Origin: an uncultured Bacilli bacterium
Lineage (GTDB): Bacteria > Bacillota_I > Bacilli_A > RF39 > UBA660
Direction of reading: 5' to 3'
Length of the DNA: 64,000 bases
Assembly: GCA_949841325.1 (NCBI GenBank)
Contig: CATKZK010000002.1
Coordinates: 663 to 64,662, forward strand
Part shown: one piece after another, positions 40,339-50,900 of the stretch
How the letters are laid out: each line of letters starts with the position of its first letter
Numbering within the stretch: the first letter of the stretch is position 1
Program-made: the position numbers and the translations under genes
The notes under the pieces: model-generated
Databases searched by the model: none
Told to the model about the DNA's origin: nothing
Seen by the model: the letters and a program-made list of their open reading frames with translations, nothing else

Positions 40339-41397
40339 ATGATAGAGAGATTAAATATTATTGAAACACGTTACCATGAATTAGAAAAAGAACTTACAAA
40401 TCCTGAAGTATTAAGTGATTATAGTAAGATGAAAACTCTATCGAAAGAGAAGAGTTCACTTGAGGATGCTTTCCAAAAATACCAAGAGTATAAAACGGTT
40501 ATGGAAGAAATTGAGAGTTTAAAAGAGTTAATTCATGATCCTGAAATGGGTGAAATGGCTACCATGGAATTAGAAGAAAATCAAACACGCAAAAGCGAAA
40601 TAGAAAGTGCCCTAGAGATTCTTTTGATTCCAAAAGATGAAAATGATGGAAAAGACATTATTATGGAAATTCGTGGAGCTGCAGGAGGAGATGAAGCAAA
40701 CATCTTCGCTGGAGATTTATATCGTATGTATACGAGATATGCTGAAAAACAAGGATGGAAGACAGAAGTTTTAAATGCGGATGAAGGAACAGCAGGTGGT
40801 TTTTCTCAAATTGAATTTTCAATTAAAGGAGATAATGTCTATTCAAAATTAAAATTTGAATCAGGATCTCATCGTGTACAAAGAGTGCCAGAGACCGAAA
40901 GTCAAGGTAGAATTCAAACTTCAACAGCAACTGTTGCCGTTATGCCAGAGGCAGAAGATATTGATTTTGAACTTGATATGAATGAAATAAGAGTGGATAT
41001 TACTCGTTCTTCAGGATGTGGAGGACAGGGAGTTAATACAACAGACTCTGCTGTGCGTCTTACGCATTTACCAACAGGTATTATCGTTTATTCCCAAACA
41101 GAAAGAAGTCAAATAAAAAATAAAGAGATTGCCATGAAGATTATGAAAACTCGTTTATATGACATGAAGTTACGTGAAAAAGAGCTTGCTTTAGGAGAAG
41201 AGAGAAGAAATAAGATTGGTACAGGAGATCGTGCAGAGAAAATAAGAACTTATAATTATCCTCAAAATCGTGTAACAGATCATCGTATTGGCTTTTCTGT
41301 AATGAATTTAGACAAAGTCGTAGATGGCGACCTTGATGCTATTATAGAAGCATTAATAACAGAAGATCAAAGAAGAAAGTTAGAAAATGAAGCCTAG
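40339..41397 (+). CDS. prfA: Peptide chain release factor 1
   Basis: GGQ motif SGCGGQGVNTTDSAVRLTH and a PET-type variant of the PxT tripeptide (RVPETESQGRIQTS). Confidence 0.95.
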   Translation: MIERLNIIETRYHELEKELTNPEVLSDYSKMKTLSKEKSSLEDAFQKYQEYKTVMEEIESLKELIHDPEMGEMATMELEENQTRKSEIESALEILLIPKDENDGKDIIMEIRGAAGGDEANIFAGDLYRMYTRYAEKQGWKTEVLNADEGTAGGFSQIEFSIKGDNVYSKLKFESGSHRVQRVPETESQGRIQTSTATVAVMPEAEDIDFELDMNEIRVDITRSSGCGGQGVNTTDSAVRLTHLPTGIIVYSQTERSQIKNKEIAMKIMKTRLYDMKLREKELALGEERRNKIGTGDRAEKIRTYNYPQNRVTDHRIGFSVMNLDKVVDGDLDAIIEALITEDQRRKLENEA

Positions 41398-42118
41398 TCA
41401 TATAAGAGAAGCAGATTGGAGACTCTTAAAAGCAAAATATAAAGACATGGATAAAGTCATAAAAAAGTTAAACCAAAAATATCCTGTACAATATTTAATT
41501 GGAAATGTCAATTTTTATGGTTATATCTTAAATGTCAATCGTCATGTGTTAATACCGCGCTTTGAAACGGAAACATTACTAGAAAAAACGATGCAATATA
41601 TCCAACAATATCATTTTGAAAATAGCAATGTTTTGGATATTGGAACAGGGTCAGGATGTATTGCCATTGTCTTAAAAAAAGAAATTCCAACGCTCAAAAT
41701 AACAGCAATCGATATTTCCTCTTCTGCACTTAGAGTGGCACGTAAGAATGCAAAGAAGAATAAGGCAGAGATTCACTTTATTCATAAAGATATGAAAAAA
41801 TATAAACCAATGAATAAATATAGTGTCATCATCTCAAATCCTCCATATATCGATTTGTCAGAGGAAATTGATCCACAGACGAAATACGAGCCGTCTATTG
41901 CTTTATATGCCAAAAATAATGGTCTTGCTTACTATGAATATATATTATCTCATGCTTATAGCCTATTAGAAGAAAAATTCCTTATGGCATTTGAAATTGG
42001 AGAAAATCAGGGAGAAGACTTACAAAAGATGGCATTAGAGTATTTCCCTCAAGCAAGTATTCGGATAGAAAAAGATTTAGCACATAAAAATCGTTATTTA
42101 TTTATTATACATGAATAA
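41387..42118 (+). CDS. prmC: Release factor glutamine N5-methyltransferase PrmC/HemK
   Basis: DIGTGSGCIA SAM loop and NPPY motif; overlaps the prfA stop. Confidence 0.88.
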   Translation: MKPSHIREADWRLLKAKYKDMDKVIKKLNQKYPVQYLIGNVNFYGYILNVNRHVLIPRFETETLLEKTMQYIQQYHFENSNVLDIGTGSGCIAIVLKKEIPTLKITAIDISSSALRVARKNAKKNKAEIHFIHKDMKKYKPMNKYSVIISNPPYIDLSEEIDPQTKYEPSIALYAKNNGLAYYEYILSHAYSLLEEKFLMAFEIGENQGEDLQKMALEYFPQASIRIEKDLAHKNRYLFIIHE

Positions 42119-42167
42119 AAGTTAAAAAATTACCCCATTAAAAGAATAGAAAGAGGGTAATTTTTTA

Positions 42168-42686
42168 ATGAAAAGAATACTTATAATAACAGCAATTGTT
42201 ATGATTATATTGATTAGTGGGAAAGAAAAGCATATCGTAATACCAGATTCTGCTATTCGCTTTCGAGTTGTTGCAAATAGCAATAGTTTAGAAGATCAAA
42301 GAAAGAAAAATAAAATTAGTCTAGAAGTAGAAAATTACTTGATGAATATAACAAAAACAGCTGAAAGTGGAACAGAAGCAGGGGAAATCTTATTAAAAAA
42401 CTATGAGAAAATTAAAGCTCATGTCAATGATTACTTAGAAAAAGAAAAAATAGAAGATCAAGTAGAAATTGAAATAGGACGCAATTATTTTCCTAAAAAG
42501 AAGTATAAAGGAATAGAATATCCAGAAGGTTATTATAATTCAGTTGTATTAAATGTGGGACATAAACAGGGAGTGAACTGGTGGTGTGTGATTTATCCTC
42601 CATTATGTCTACTTGATCATGAAAATAAAGAAGAAATTGAGTATACTTCATTAGTACAAGAAGTATTGAAACGTTATAATGTCTAA
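42168..42686 (+). CDS. spoIIR: Stage II sporulation protein R
   Basis: N-terminal TM, IRFRVVANSNSLEDQRKK (SpoIIR signature-like), and NWWCVIYPPLC near the C-terminus. Confidence 0.78.
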   Translation: MKRILIITAIVMIILISGKEKHIVIPDSAIRFRVVANSNSLEDQRKKNKISLEVENYLMNITKTAESGTEAGEILLKNYEKIKAHVNDYLEKEKIEDQVEIEIGRNYFPKKKYKGIEYPEGYYNSVVLNVGHKQGVNWWCVIYPPLCLLDHENKEEIEYTSLVQEVLKRYNV

Positions 42687-42773
42687 TTGACATCTCTTTA
42701 CAAAATCATGCATATAAATTGTATCCTCGAATATACATATGTTATAATAAACAGTATAGAGGATGTGTAAAAC

Positions 42774-44027
42774 TTGAAAAAATTAATCATTGAAGGTAAA
42801 AGAGAACTAACAGGAGAAATTAAAATAAGTGGCGCGAAAAATAGCATTGTTGCTTTAATTCCAGCTACGATCTTGACAAAGGGAAAATGTGTTATACACA
42901 ATGTACCTGATATCAGTGATGTTCGTATTTTAATTGAAATAATGGAAAGTTTAGGATCTATTGTCCATTTTGAAAATGAAGTTCTAACAATTGATAATAA
43001 AAATGTCGAGAATAAACCAATCGGAGAGAAGTATGCTTCTAAGTTAAGAGCATCATATTACTTTATGGGATCCCTCCTTGGGCAATTTCAACAAGTAGAT
43101 ATTGCCAATCCTGGAGGATGTGTCATTGGAAGTCGTCCCTTCGATTTTCATATTGATGCCTTTAAAAGAATGGGCATTCATGTAGAAGAGAAGATGGACA
43201 GCTATCACATGTGTACAGATGAATTAAAGGCAACAGATATTTTCTTTGACTTTCCTTCTGTTGGAGCTACTATTAATGTATTATTAGCTTCTGTTTTAGC
43301 AAAGGGAACTACGCGTATTATTAATGCTGCACGAGAGCCAGAAATTGAAAACCTTGCGGACTTTTTAAATTCAATGGGTGCTCGTATAGTAGGTGCAGGA
43401 TCAGGGACCATTGAAATCAAAGGTGTTGAGTCTCTTAATGATGGAGAAATAAGCGTTATTCCAGATCGCATAGAAGCAGGAACCTACTTAATTATTGGTG
43501 CTCTTCTAGGCCATCATTTAAAGATTACGGATATTGTCGAAAAACATTTATATTCGCTCCTTTATAAATTAAAAGATGCAGGTGTTCATTTAGAAGTAAA
43601 TGGAAATGACATTATAATAAATAAAAGTGAACATTTAAAAGCTGTTAATATCAAAACCACAGTTTATCCTGGATTTCCAACTGATTTAGGACAACCGATG
43701 AGTGCTTTTTTAACTCAATGTATTGGAGAGAGTATGTTTGAAGAAACCATTTATGAAAATCGCTTAAGACACATACCTCACTTAAATAATATGGGAGCAG
43801 ATATTAAAGCTTTTGATAAGACAGCCCTCATTCGAGGGAAAACAGAACTTGTGGGAAGAAAAGTAAAGGCTACAGATCTTCGTGCAGGAGCGAGCATGTT
43901 AGTTGCAGGTATGGTAGCAGAAGGAGAAACCATTATCTATAATATTGAACATCTCTTGAGAGGATATGAAAAAATAGTGGATAAATTAAATAATATTGGA
44001 GCAAATATTCGTTTAATTGACGAATAA
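42774..44027 (+). CDS. murA: UDP-N-acetylglucosamine 1-carboxyvinyltransferase
   Basis: TTG start after GAGGATG; ISGAKNS; the active-site Cys region NPGGCVIGSRPFD; EPSP-synthase-fold repeats. Confidence 0.93.
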   Translation: MKKLIIEGKRELTGEIKISGAKNSIVALIPATILTKGKCVIHNVPDISDVRILIEIMESLGSIVHFENEVLTIDNKNVENKPIGEKYASKLRASYYFMGSLLGQFQQVDIANPGGCVIGSRPFDFHIDAFKRMGIHVEEKMDSYHMCTDELKATDIFFDFPSVGATINVLLASVLAKGTTRIINAAREPEIENLADFLNSMGARIVGAGSGTIEIKGVESLNDGEISVIPDRIEAGTYLIIGALLGHHLKITDIVEKHLYSLLYKLKDAGVHLEVNGNDIIINKSEHLKAVNIKTTVYPGFPTDLGQPMSAFLTQCIGESMFEETIYENRLRHIPHLNNMGADIKAFDKTALIRGKTELVGRKVKATDLRAGASMLVAGMVAEGETIIYNIEHLLRGYEKIVDKLNNIGANIRLIDE

Positions 44028-44114
44028 TGATTGATTTTTCTGATAATTATGTTATACTAATCAAGTAATGAATTTCTATAACAGACGAATTGTTATGGCG
44101 GAAGGAGGATTTAG

Positions 44115-44327
44115 ATGAAAAAGAATTTACATCCAAATCAAGTTATGTGTACGTTTAAATGCGCTTGTGGAGCAACATTTCAAGCAATGAGCAACAAAGA
44201 AGATCAATTTGTTGAAGTATGTAGTGAATGTCATCCATTCTATACAGGAGCACAAGGAAATCGTAAGAAAACAGGAAATGTTGAAAAGTTTAATAAAAAA
44301 TATAATCTTGATAATGAAGCGGCTTAG
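44115..44327 (+). CDS. rpmE: 50S ribosomal protein L31
   Basis: MKKNLHPNQVM...CSECHPFYTG. Confidence 0.93.
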   Translation: MKKNLHPNQVMCTFKCACGATFQAMSNKEDQFVEVCSECHPFYTGAQGNRKKTGNVEKFNKKYNLDNEAA

Positions 44328-44395
44328 TCGCTTTTTTTGTGAGATTGACAATTAGAATGCTTTATTGTAAGATAAGCGCATTAAGGGGAATAATT

Positions 44396-45271
44396 ATGCA
44401 TAATTTAAGAAAAATTCTTCCATTGTATTATGATTTCTATATTGTTGCTAATGAAAAAAGTTTCTCAAAGGCAGCAGAAGTAAATTTTACCTCTCAGCCT
44501 AGTTTAAGTAGAAATATTCAAATCTTAGAGCAGGAGTTAAATCTAAAATTGCTAAATAGGAGCAATAAAGGTATTTTTTTAACAAAAGATGGGGAACTAT
44601 TATATAAACAACTAGATGCCTTCTTTAACCAATTTATTGATTTTGATACAATACATTTTAATGAAATGAAGGGAACTTTATCTATTGGTTCTACAAGAAA
44701 TATTGCAGATAATAAATTGGTCTCTTATTTAACGGCATTTACTAATAAATATCCAATGGTAAAGATTAAAATATTTACAGATAGTGCAACAAATTTAAAT
44801 AAATTTTTGATGGAACATAAAATAGATGTATTAATTGATTATATTCCTCAAATTAATTTTAAGGATGTTGAAGTCATCCATATTGGAAGTTTTAAAACAG
44901 GATTTGCATGCTCGAAAGCATTCTATAAAAAACATGGAAACAAAATAAAAACTTTAGAAGATTTGAAACAATATAACTTAGTCTTATCAGGAGCTTCTAG
45001 AAGACGACAGTGGTTAGATGAGCTGTTAACTCCATTAGATATAAACTTTTCTCCAATGATCGAAATGCCTGATTCTAAATTAATGGCTGAATATGTCAAA
45101 CAAAATGAAGTTATCGGTTATTTTGTCTTAGAAGAAATAAAAGATTATGATTTATGTGAATTAAAATTAGATAGAGAAATGCCATTAAATCATATTGGCC
45201 TTATATATCATAAAGATACGATTCATCCAGTTGCTCGAAAGTTTGTTGAACTATTTGAAAATAAAAATTGA
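44396..45271 (+). CDS. LysR-family transcriptional regulator
   Basis: N-terminal wHTH FSKAAEVNFTSQPSLSRNIQILEQELNLKLLNR; SD AAGGGGA; candidate promoter TTGACA-17-TAAGAT at 44345-44373. The internal start was chosen over the track's 44339. Confidence 0.85.
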   Translation: MHNLRKILPLYYDFYIVANEKSFSKAAEVNFTSQPSLSRNIQILEQELNLKLLNRSNKGIFLTKDGELLYKQLDAFFNQFIDFDTIHFNEMKGTLSIGSTRNIADNKLVSYLTAFTNKYPMVKIKIFTDSATNLNKFLMEHKIDVLIDYIPQINFKDVEVIHIGSFKTGFACSKAFYKKHGNKIKTLEDLKQYNLVLSGASRRRQWLDELLTPLDINFSPMIEMPDSKLMAEYVKQNEVIGYFVLEEIKDYDLCELKLDREMPLNHIGLIYHKDTIHPVARKFVELFENKN

Positions 45272-45290
45272 TGTGAATTGTAAAAGTCAT

Positions 45291-45326
45291 GTGCTATTCA
45301 ATTTTGAATAGCACTATTTATTTTTG
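45291..45326 (+). terminator. Intrinsic terminator after the LysR gene
   Basis: GTGCTATTCAA-tt-TTGAATAGCAC (11-bp stem) followed by a T-rich tract. Confidence 0.7.
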
Positions 45327-45382
45327 GTATTTTACTAAAGAGTGGTTCCTTTTTATAATACAAACATTAAGGGAGAATTTGT

Positions 45383-47176
45383 ATGATAAATGAAATGATG
45401 GAAAATTGTTTGTTCAACAGTTCTAATAGTAAAATAAAAAGAAAGATGTGTGTGGTTTTAGTAGGTCTTGGTCCTCATGCTAAGAGAATTTATTTGCCTT
45501 ATTTAAAAAAACATAGAATTCCTTTGCAATTAGTAGTAGAAATAGAATCAAAAGAAGAGGAGACTAAAAATATTTTATTTGAAAGTGGATTTAAAAATAC
45601 ACAAATATTAACAATAAAAGATAAGGACAAAGATAAAGTCCATCTTCCTAATTATTTAAAACAACAACTTAGTCTTCTTTGTAAACTATTTGAAATCAAC
45701 TATATGATTGTATCGACAGAACCAAAAGCTCATTATATGTATATAGAATTTGCCTTGTTACAAAGAATTCCTGTATTGACAGATAAACCAATCACTGTTA
45801 TGAAAAAGATGAAAACAATTTCCCAAATTGATAAAGTAAAAAAAGAATATCAATATTTAGCTAATTTATCCAAAAAATATAAAACCCCTTGTATGATGAT
45901 GTGTCAAAGACAATACCATAAAGGCTATGAATATGTAAAGAAGTTATTAAATGAAGTTGTCAGTCAATATGAGATTCCCATTACTTATGTCGATATATAT
46001 CACTGTGATGGAGCATGGGAGTTTCCACATGATATGGAAAAAGAAAATCATCCATATAAGTATGGCTATGGAAAATTATTTCACAGTGGGTATCACTTTA
46101 TTAATCTCTTAAGTGAATTTATAAAAATCAATAATCAATTACCTCACGCAAAACAAATCAAAAAGGGAAGAATCTATGGTAATTATCTGACACCAAATGA
46201 TGAAGTCAATATTATGAATATAGATGATTATAAAAGAATATTTAAAGATCAAAAGATTCCCCTATATTATGAAGAAAATAAGCATCCAAAATTTTCTCGA
46301 TATGGTGAAAAGAATTATTACGGAATAATAGAATATAAAAACGATAAAAATCAAACTATAATGAATGTCAATCTAAATCTATTACATAATGGATTTTCTA
46401 GAAGAGGTTGGATGGAAACAAGAGATTTTTATAAAAAAAATGGTCGTGTAAGACATGAAAGATTAAATATTCAAGTAGGACCACTTTTAAACATTCAAGT
46501 TCACAGTTATCAATCTAAGGAAATTAAAGATAGACAAGATTTAAAAAGTGAAGAAATGAGTGGTGGACTTGAACACTTTGATATTGAAATCTATCGAAAT
46601 GCGGATATTATTGGTGGTAAGCCTTATGAAAAAATAACATTAGGTGATTTATATACGGAAAAAGAAAAGAAGAACATGACGGGGTATAATGAATTAGCGC
46701 GAGAAAAGACATTATCAGAATTTTTTAAATGTAATTATGAAAAGGGAAATCTTTTAGATCAAGCACTAGCAATAGATATTTTAGTTAGTTGTGCAAAAGG
46801 GCTTGTTTATGCTTATAACAAAATAGATCATGTTGAAGAAATTTATAAACTAGACAAGCATGCTACATCTATTTCATTAACAGAATTAAAAAAATATGCT
46901 TTTAAATATAAGGGTACAAAAGAATGTGTAAAGATGGAAGTATTTGAAGGATACAAATATGAGTATGGTATCATCATGAATCATATTAAAGAAAATAAAC
47001 ATTATGAAGTATACCTTTATATGAAAGAGAAAAATCTTGTCGTTAGTTGTCTATTTAATCGATTGATAAAATCCAAAATTTTCGCTTCTCTTTATTACAA
47101 TATTTTAAAGAGACTAATGAAACTAGATCGTCCAAATCTTCTCTATTCTCTTCTCAAATATAAAAAAACACAATAA
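45383..47176 (+). CDS. Gfo/Idh/MocA-like oxidoreductase-fold protein with long C-terminal extension (597 aa)
   Basis: N-terminal Rossmann-like pattern VVLVGLGPHAKRIYLPYL...MIVSTEPKAHYMYIEFALLQRIPVLTDKPIT (compare GxGxxxxxxhlP...stP...H...al..g..Vl.EKP). The central FHSGYHFINLL resembles the family's C-terminal domain. The last roughly 130 aa are unassigned. Confidence 0.55.
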   Translation: MINEMMENCLFNSSNSKIKRKMCVVLVGLGPHAKRIYLPYLKKHRIPLQLVVEIESKEEETKNILFESGFKNTQILTIKDKDKDKVHLPNYLKQQLSLLCKLFEINYMIVSTEPKAHYMYIEFALLQRIPVLTDKPITVMKKMKTISQIDKVKKEYQYLANLSKKYKTPCMMMCQRQYHKGYEYVKKLLNEVVSQYEIPITYVDIYHCDGAWEFPHDMEKENHPYKYGYGKLFHSGYHFINLLSEFIKINNQLPHAKQIKKGRIYGNYLTPNDEVNIMNIDDYKRIFKDQKIPLYYEENKHPKFSRYGEKNYYGIIEYKNDKNQTIMNVNLNLLHNGFSRRGWMETRDFYKKNGRVRHERLNIQVGPLLNIQVHSYQSKEIKDRQDLKSEEMSGGLEHFDIEIYRNADIIGGKPYEKITLGDLYTEKEKKNMTGYNELAREKTLSEFFKCNYEKGNLLDQALAIDILVSCAKGLVYAYNKIDHVEEIYKLDKHATSISLTELKKYAFKYKGTKECVKMEVFEGYKYEYGIIMNHIKENKHYEVYLYMKEKNLVVSCLFNRLIKSKIFASLYYNILKRLMKLDRPNLLYSLLKYKKTQ

Positions 47177-47203
47177 AAAAACAAAATTTGTACAAAAAAA
47201 AGC

Positions 47204-47232
47204 TGTACAAGCAATAGGAACACCCTTATAAT
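47204..47232 (+). promoter_or_regulatory. Candidate promoter of the tail-collar/RHS operon
   Basis: TGTACA, 17 nt, perfect TATAAT. A roughly 120-nt leader follows, containing the mini-ORF MKKRR (47290-47307, SD GGAGG). Confidence 0.4.
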
Positions 47233-47345
47233 GTAATAAAATGGACGAATTGTGAAAAACAGTTGGTTCATTTTTTTTGGAGGTGCACCATGAAGAAACG
47301 ACGATAGAAACAGAAAAAGACAGTTAAGGGCTGTTATTTTTTATG

Positions 47346-47415
47346 GAAAGAAGGAAAAAATATGAATGAAGAAAAAATAAGAAATTGCTTTACAGAAGTA
47401 GAAAATGGAGTGAAT
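47346..47415 (+). repeat. Direct repeat copy A (RBS + first 18 codons of tail-collar gene)
   Basis: About 88-90 percent identical to 55234-55304. The shared string is GAAAGAAGGAAAA..ATATGAATGAAGAAAAAATAAGAAATTG(C/T)TTTACAGAAGTAGAA. Confidence 0.85.
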
Positions 47416-47979
47416 GCGGAATTTAATAAAGTAACGATGAAATGTTTAAATTCAAGTAACAATGCATTTAGTATGGATTGTGAAGGAAACTTAGTCGTAA
47501 ATTCTATCAGGACAAGAGAAGGAAGTGGTGGTTTAACATTTGATGACATCTATCCAATAGGAAGTATTTATATGAGCATTCAAAATGAGAATCCAACTCA
47601 ACTATTTGGTGGAACTTGGGAATCTATTAAAGATAAGTTTTTGCTATCATCAGGTGATACTTATGAAGTAGGAGTAGAAGGAGGAGAGGCAGAACATACC
47701 TTATCTATAAATGAAATTCCAAGTCATAGTCATACCCCATCAGATGCAGGAAGAAACTGGGTATATGGAACAGATCAAGTGGGAAGAAGACAAATTGCAA
47801 CAGGAAATACTGGACTATACGTACCTGTTGCTGCAGATGGAATAAATGGCTATAAATGGGGAGGGACATCTGACACAGGTGGAAATAAATCACATAACAA
47901 TATGCCTCTATACTTAACAGTAAATATGTGGAAAAGAGTTGCTAAAAAAAAGGAACTCTTTTTTTATGAAAGGAAATGA
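47362..47979 (+). CDS. Phage tail-collar domain protein (MdpB/tail-fibre-like), copy 1
   Basis: IGSIYMS...PTQLFGGTWESIKDKFLL...GGEAEHTLSINEIPSHSH...GGNKSHNNMPLYLTVNMWKRVA matches the tail-collar pattern (P..fGGtW..i..rFl...TGGe..HTLt..EmPsH.H...aHnNmPPY..v..W.R). The stop TGA (47977-47979) lies 1 nt before the RHS ATG. Confidence 0.7.
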   Translation: MNEEKIRNCFTEVENGVNAEFNKVTMKCLNSSNNAFSMDCEGNLVVNSIRTREGSGGLTFDDIYPIGSIYMSIQNENPTQLFGGTWESIKDKFLLSSGDTYEVGVEGGEAEHTLSINEIPSHSHTPSDAGRNWVYGTDQVGRRQIATGNTGLYVPVAADGINGYKWGGTSDTGGNKSHNNMPLYLTVNMWKRVAKKKELFFYERK

Positions 47980-47980
47980 C

Positions 47981-50900
47981 ATGAAAGAATTAGTCAACTT
48001 AAGAAAAGAAAAAGAAAAACATTATCTAAATGATGATGGTACAATTACAGCATATCTATATGATGAAGCTATTCATTACTTAGATAAAGAAACATATGAA
48101 GAAATCGATAATACGATTATTGAAAAAGAAAAATACTATATGAATCATAAAAATGATTTTCAAGTCGAGTTTTATAAAGAACACTTTTTAGTAAGTGTAA
48201 GTACAAACAAGTATTATATGAATATCTTATTAGAAAATAGTAATAAACTGCAAAGAGTAGAGACAAAAGGAAATAAGATTACATTTAAAGAAATAATAAA
48301 AGATGTTGATTTAGAGTATGAAATTATTGGAAGAAAATTAAAAGAAACTTTTAAACTTAATCAGAAAGGATTAAAAAATGTAACATTTAAGATTAATACG
48401 AATTTAGAATTAGAAAAAAGTGATCAAGAAATAATAGCAAAAAAAGATGGAGTAGAACATTATCGATTTGACGCACCATTCTTAAAAGATGCTAAGAATA
48501 ATTATTTCTATAATTGTGAAATAAGTCTAGAAAAAAAAGATAACTGTTATATACTTACATATCTATTAGATGAAGATTGGTTAGAAGAAGCCGTCTATCC
48601 AGTCATTATTGATCCTACAATAACAAATAAAAGAAATACAGTAACAGACACTTATATTTACTTATCTGCAAATGGCAAGGATACGACTGAAACGAGACAT
48701 ACGAAACCATTTATTAAAGTAGGTGTAGGAGATAATACTGTATATCGTAGTTTAGTAAAATTTGAACTACCTCATATTGGAACATCCGCACAAGTCATCC
48801 ATGCAGAAGCCTATTTTAGTAGCCATGGAGATGACCGATATCTTCTTGGAGAAGAATATACATCTATGGATAAAATTGCTACACTTCATAGAATGACAAA
48901 AGATTGGGATGAAGCTACTGCCAACTGGGATAATTTAGCAGAAGATTATGATCCATTTGTTGAAAATTATATGACATTAAGTAGAACTGAAGTAAGACCA
49001 TATCCTGAAAATAAACTTATTCTTTCTATTATGCCATTTGATATTACAAATATTGTAAAAAAATGGTATTCAGGAACACCAAACTATGGACTTATGATGA
49101 AATGGTATGAGGAAGTATATGATGCAAATTGCAAAGAATACACTCTCTATTCATCAAATAATACAGAGTCAGTTGAAGGATCTAATCCTAGACCTCTTTT
49201 AATGATTCAGTATCGTTATCAAAATGGAATATTAGATTATATGAGTTATCAAACAACTTCATTAAGTACAGTCAATAGTTCTATTAATAACTATAATGGA
49301 AATGTAACAAATGTAATTCCTATTAATCAATTAGCAGGAAGTGACTTAGCATTAAATTTAATTTACAATACAAGCAGTGTTCTTCTAAATGAAGACTTTA
49401 AAATTGCCAAAGGATGGAAATTAAACTATGATGAGTATGTTGCTAAAGAGATTATAGATGATATTATTTACTACAAATATGTAGGTGGTACAGGAACCAT
49501 TCATTATTTCTATGAAAAGACATTTGAAAATAAAGAAAAAGTGTGGATTGATGAAGATGGTCTTGGCTTAAGTTTAGATATAGAAAAGAATGATGATGGA
49601 ACAATCGAAAGATTTATAATTATTTCAAAAACAGGAATTAAATCTACATATCTAAAAGAAAATAATTACTATCTTTCAAGGATAGACTATGTTGATAATA
49701 GTTACTTACAATTAGTAAGAGATGCAAGTAATAGAATAATCAGTGTAAAGGATGAAAAAGATAACATCATTTCTATTAGCTATGCCTCAAATGGAATTCA
49801 ATTTACAAGTGATTCAGAAACCACTTCTATTACTATTGAAAATAATTTAATAAAAACAATTCATCTTAATATTGGAGATATTTCTATTAACTATAACACA
49901 AATGATATTATCACAAAAATTATAGATGTTACAGGAATTAGTTTATCTTATGAATACTATGATGGAATTCCTTATCGTTTAAAAAAGATTACCAATATTG
50001 GTTTAAATGATGAAATTGGAAAATTTAAAACATTTGAATATCATTTTAATTCTACAACAGTTACTGATAATAAGAATAACAAGATGAGATATACATTCAA
50101 TAATCTAGGAAATACAATTGGAACAGTTTTATTAAGTAAAGATGGAACTCTTAAAAATTCATTTGGTTTTTCTGATCAATATGTTGATGAACTTAAATTA
50201 CCTGAATCAAATAAACCATTTGCTACTTCCGTTCCTATAAAATACATAGAGGAAACAGAGACTATAGAATATGGAAAAGAAAATCTTATGCCAAATGGTG
50301 ACTTTGAATCTGATGAAACAAATATCTTTACTTCTTATGGAAATGAGATTACAAATGAAACAAGTTATACAGGATGTCACTCAATTAAATTAAATAGTGG
50401 ATCTGTTGGAAGTATGCTTTTAGAAACTGGTCCACATTTATTAACTGCCTACTTTAAGAATGAAAAGCCAATTACTTTAGAGATGCAAGCATCAGGGACA
50501 TCATCACCAATTTTCTATAATCCTATTACTATTCCTGCACATCAAGAATTTACTAAAGTTGAAATTCCATTAAAAGTATATGAATCTTATGAATCAGTTG
50601 AATTCTATTTTACCGTAGAAGATAATGAAATTGCTTATGTTGATCATGTATCTCTTTATAAAGGAGAATATGTCAATCTAGTGAAGAACTCCAGTTTTAA
50701 TAATCTTGATGAAATGACAGGACTTATAGATTGGACAGTTGTGGGTTCTAATAATGATACAGGAGAAGAATTGAGTGATTGTTATGATATTGTGACATTA
50801 GATTCTTATGAAAAAGCATTAAAGCTCAAAAGTGTATTAAATGGAAGTGTTGTGGCCTATCAATCCGTTCCTATAACAGGCAAAAAAGGAGATGTCTATA

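Noticed and set aside
47183-47212. Inverted repeat TTGTACA-aaaaaaagc-TGTACAA after the Gfo/Idh/MocA-like gene, as a terminator or operator
   Set aside because: No T-run follows the stem, and one arm doubles as the candidate -35. It could be an operator, but there is no supporting evidence in the sequence.
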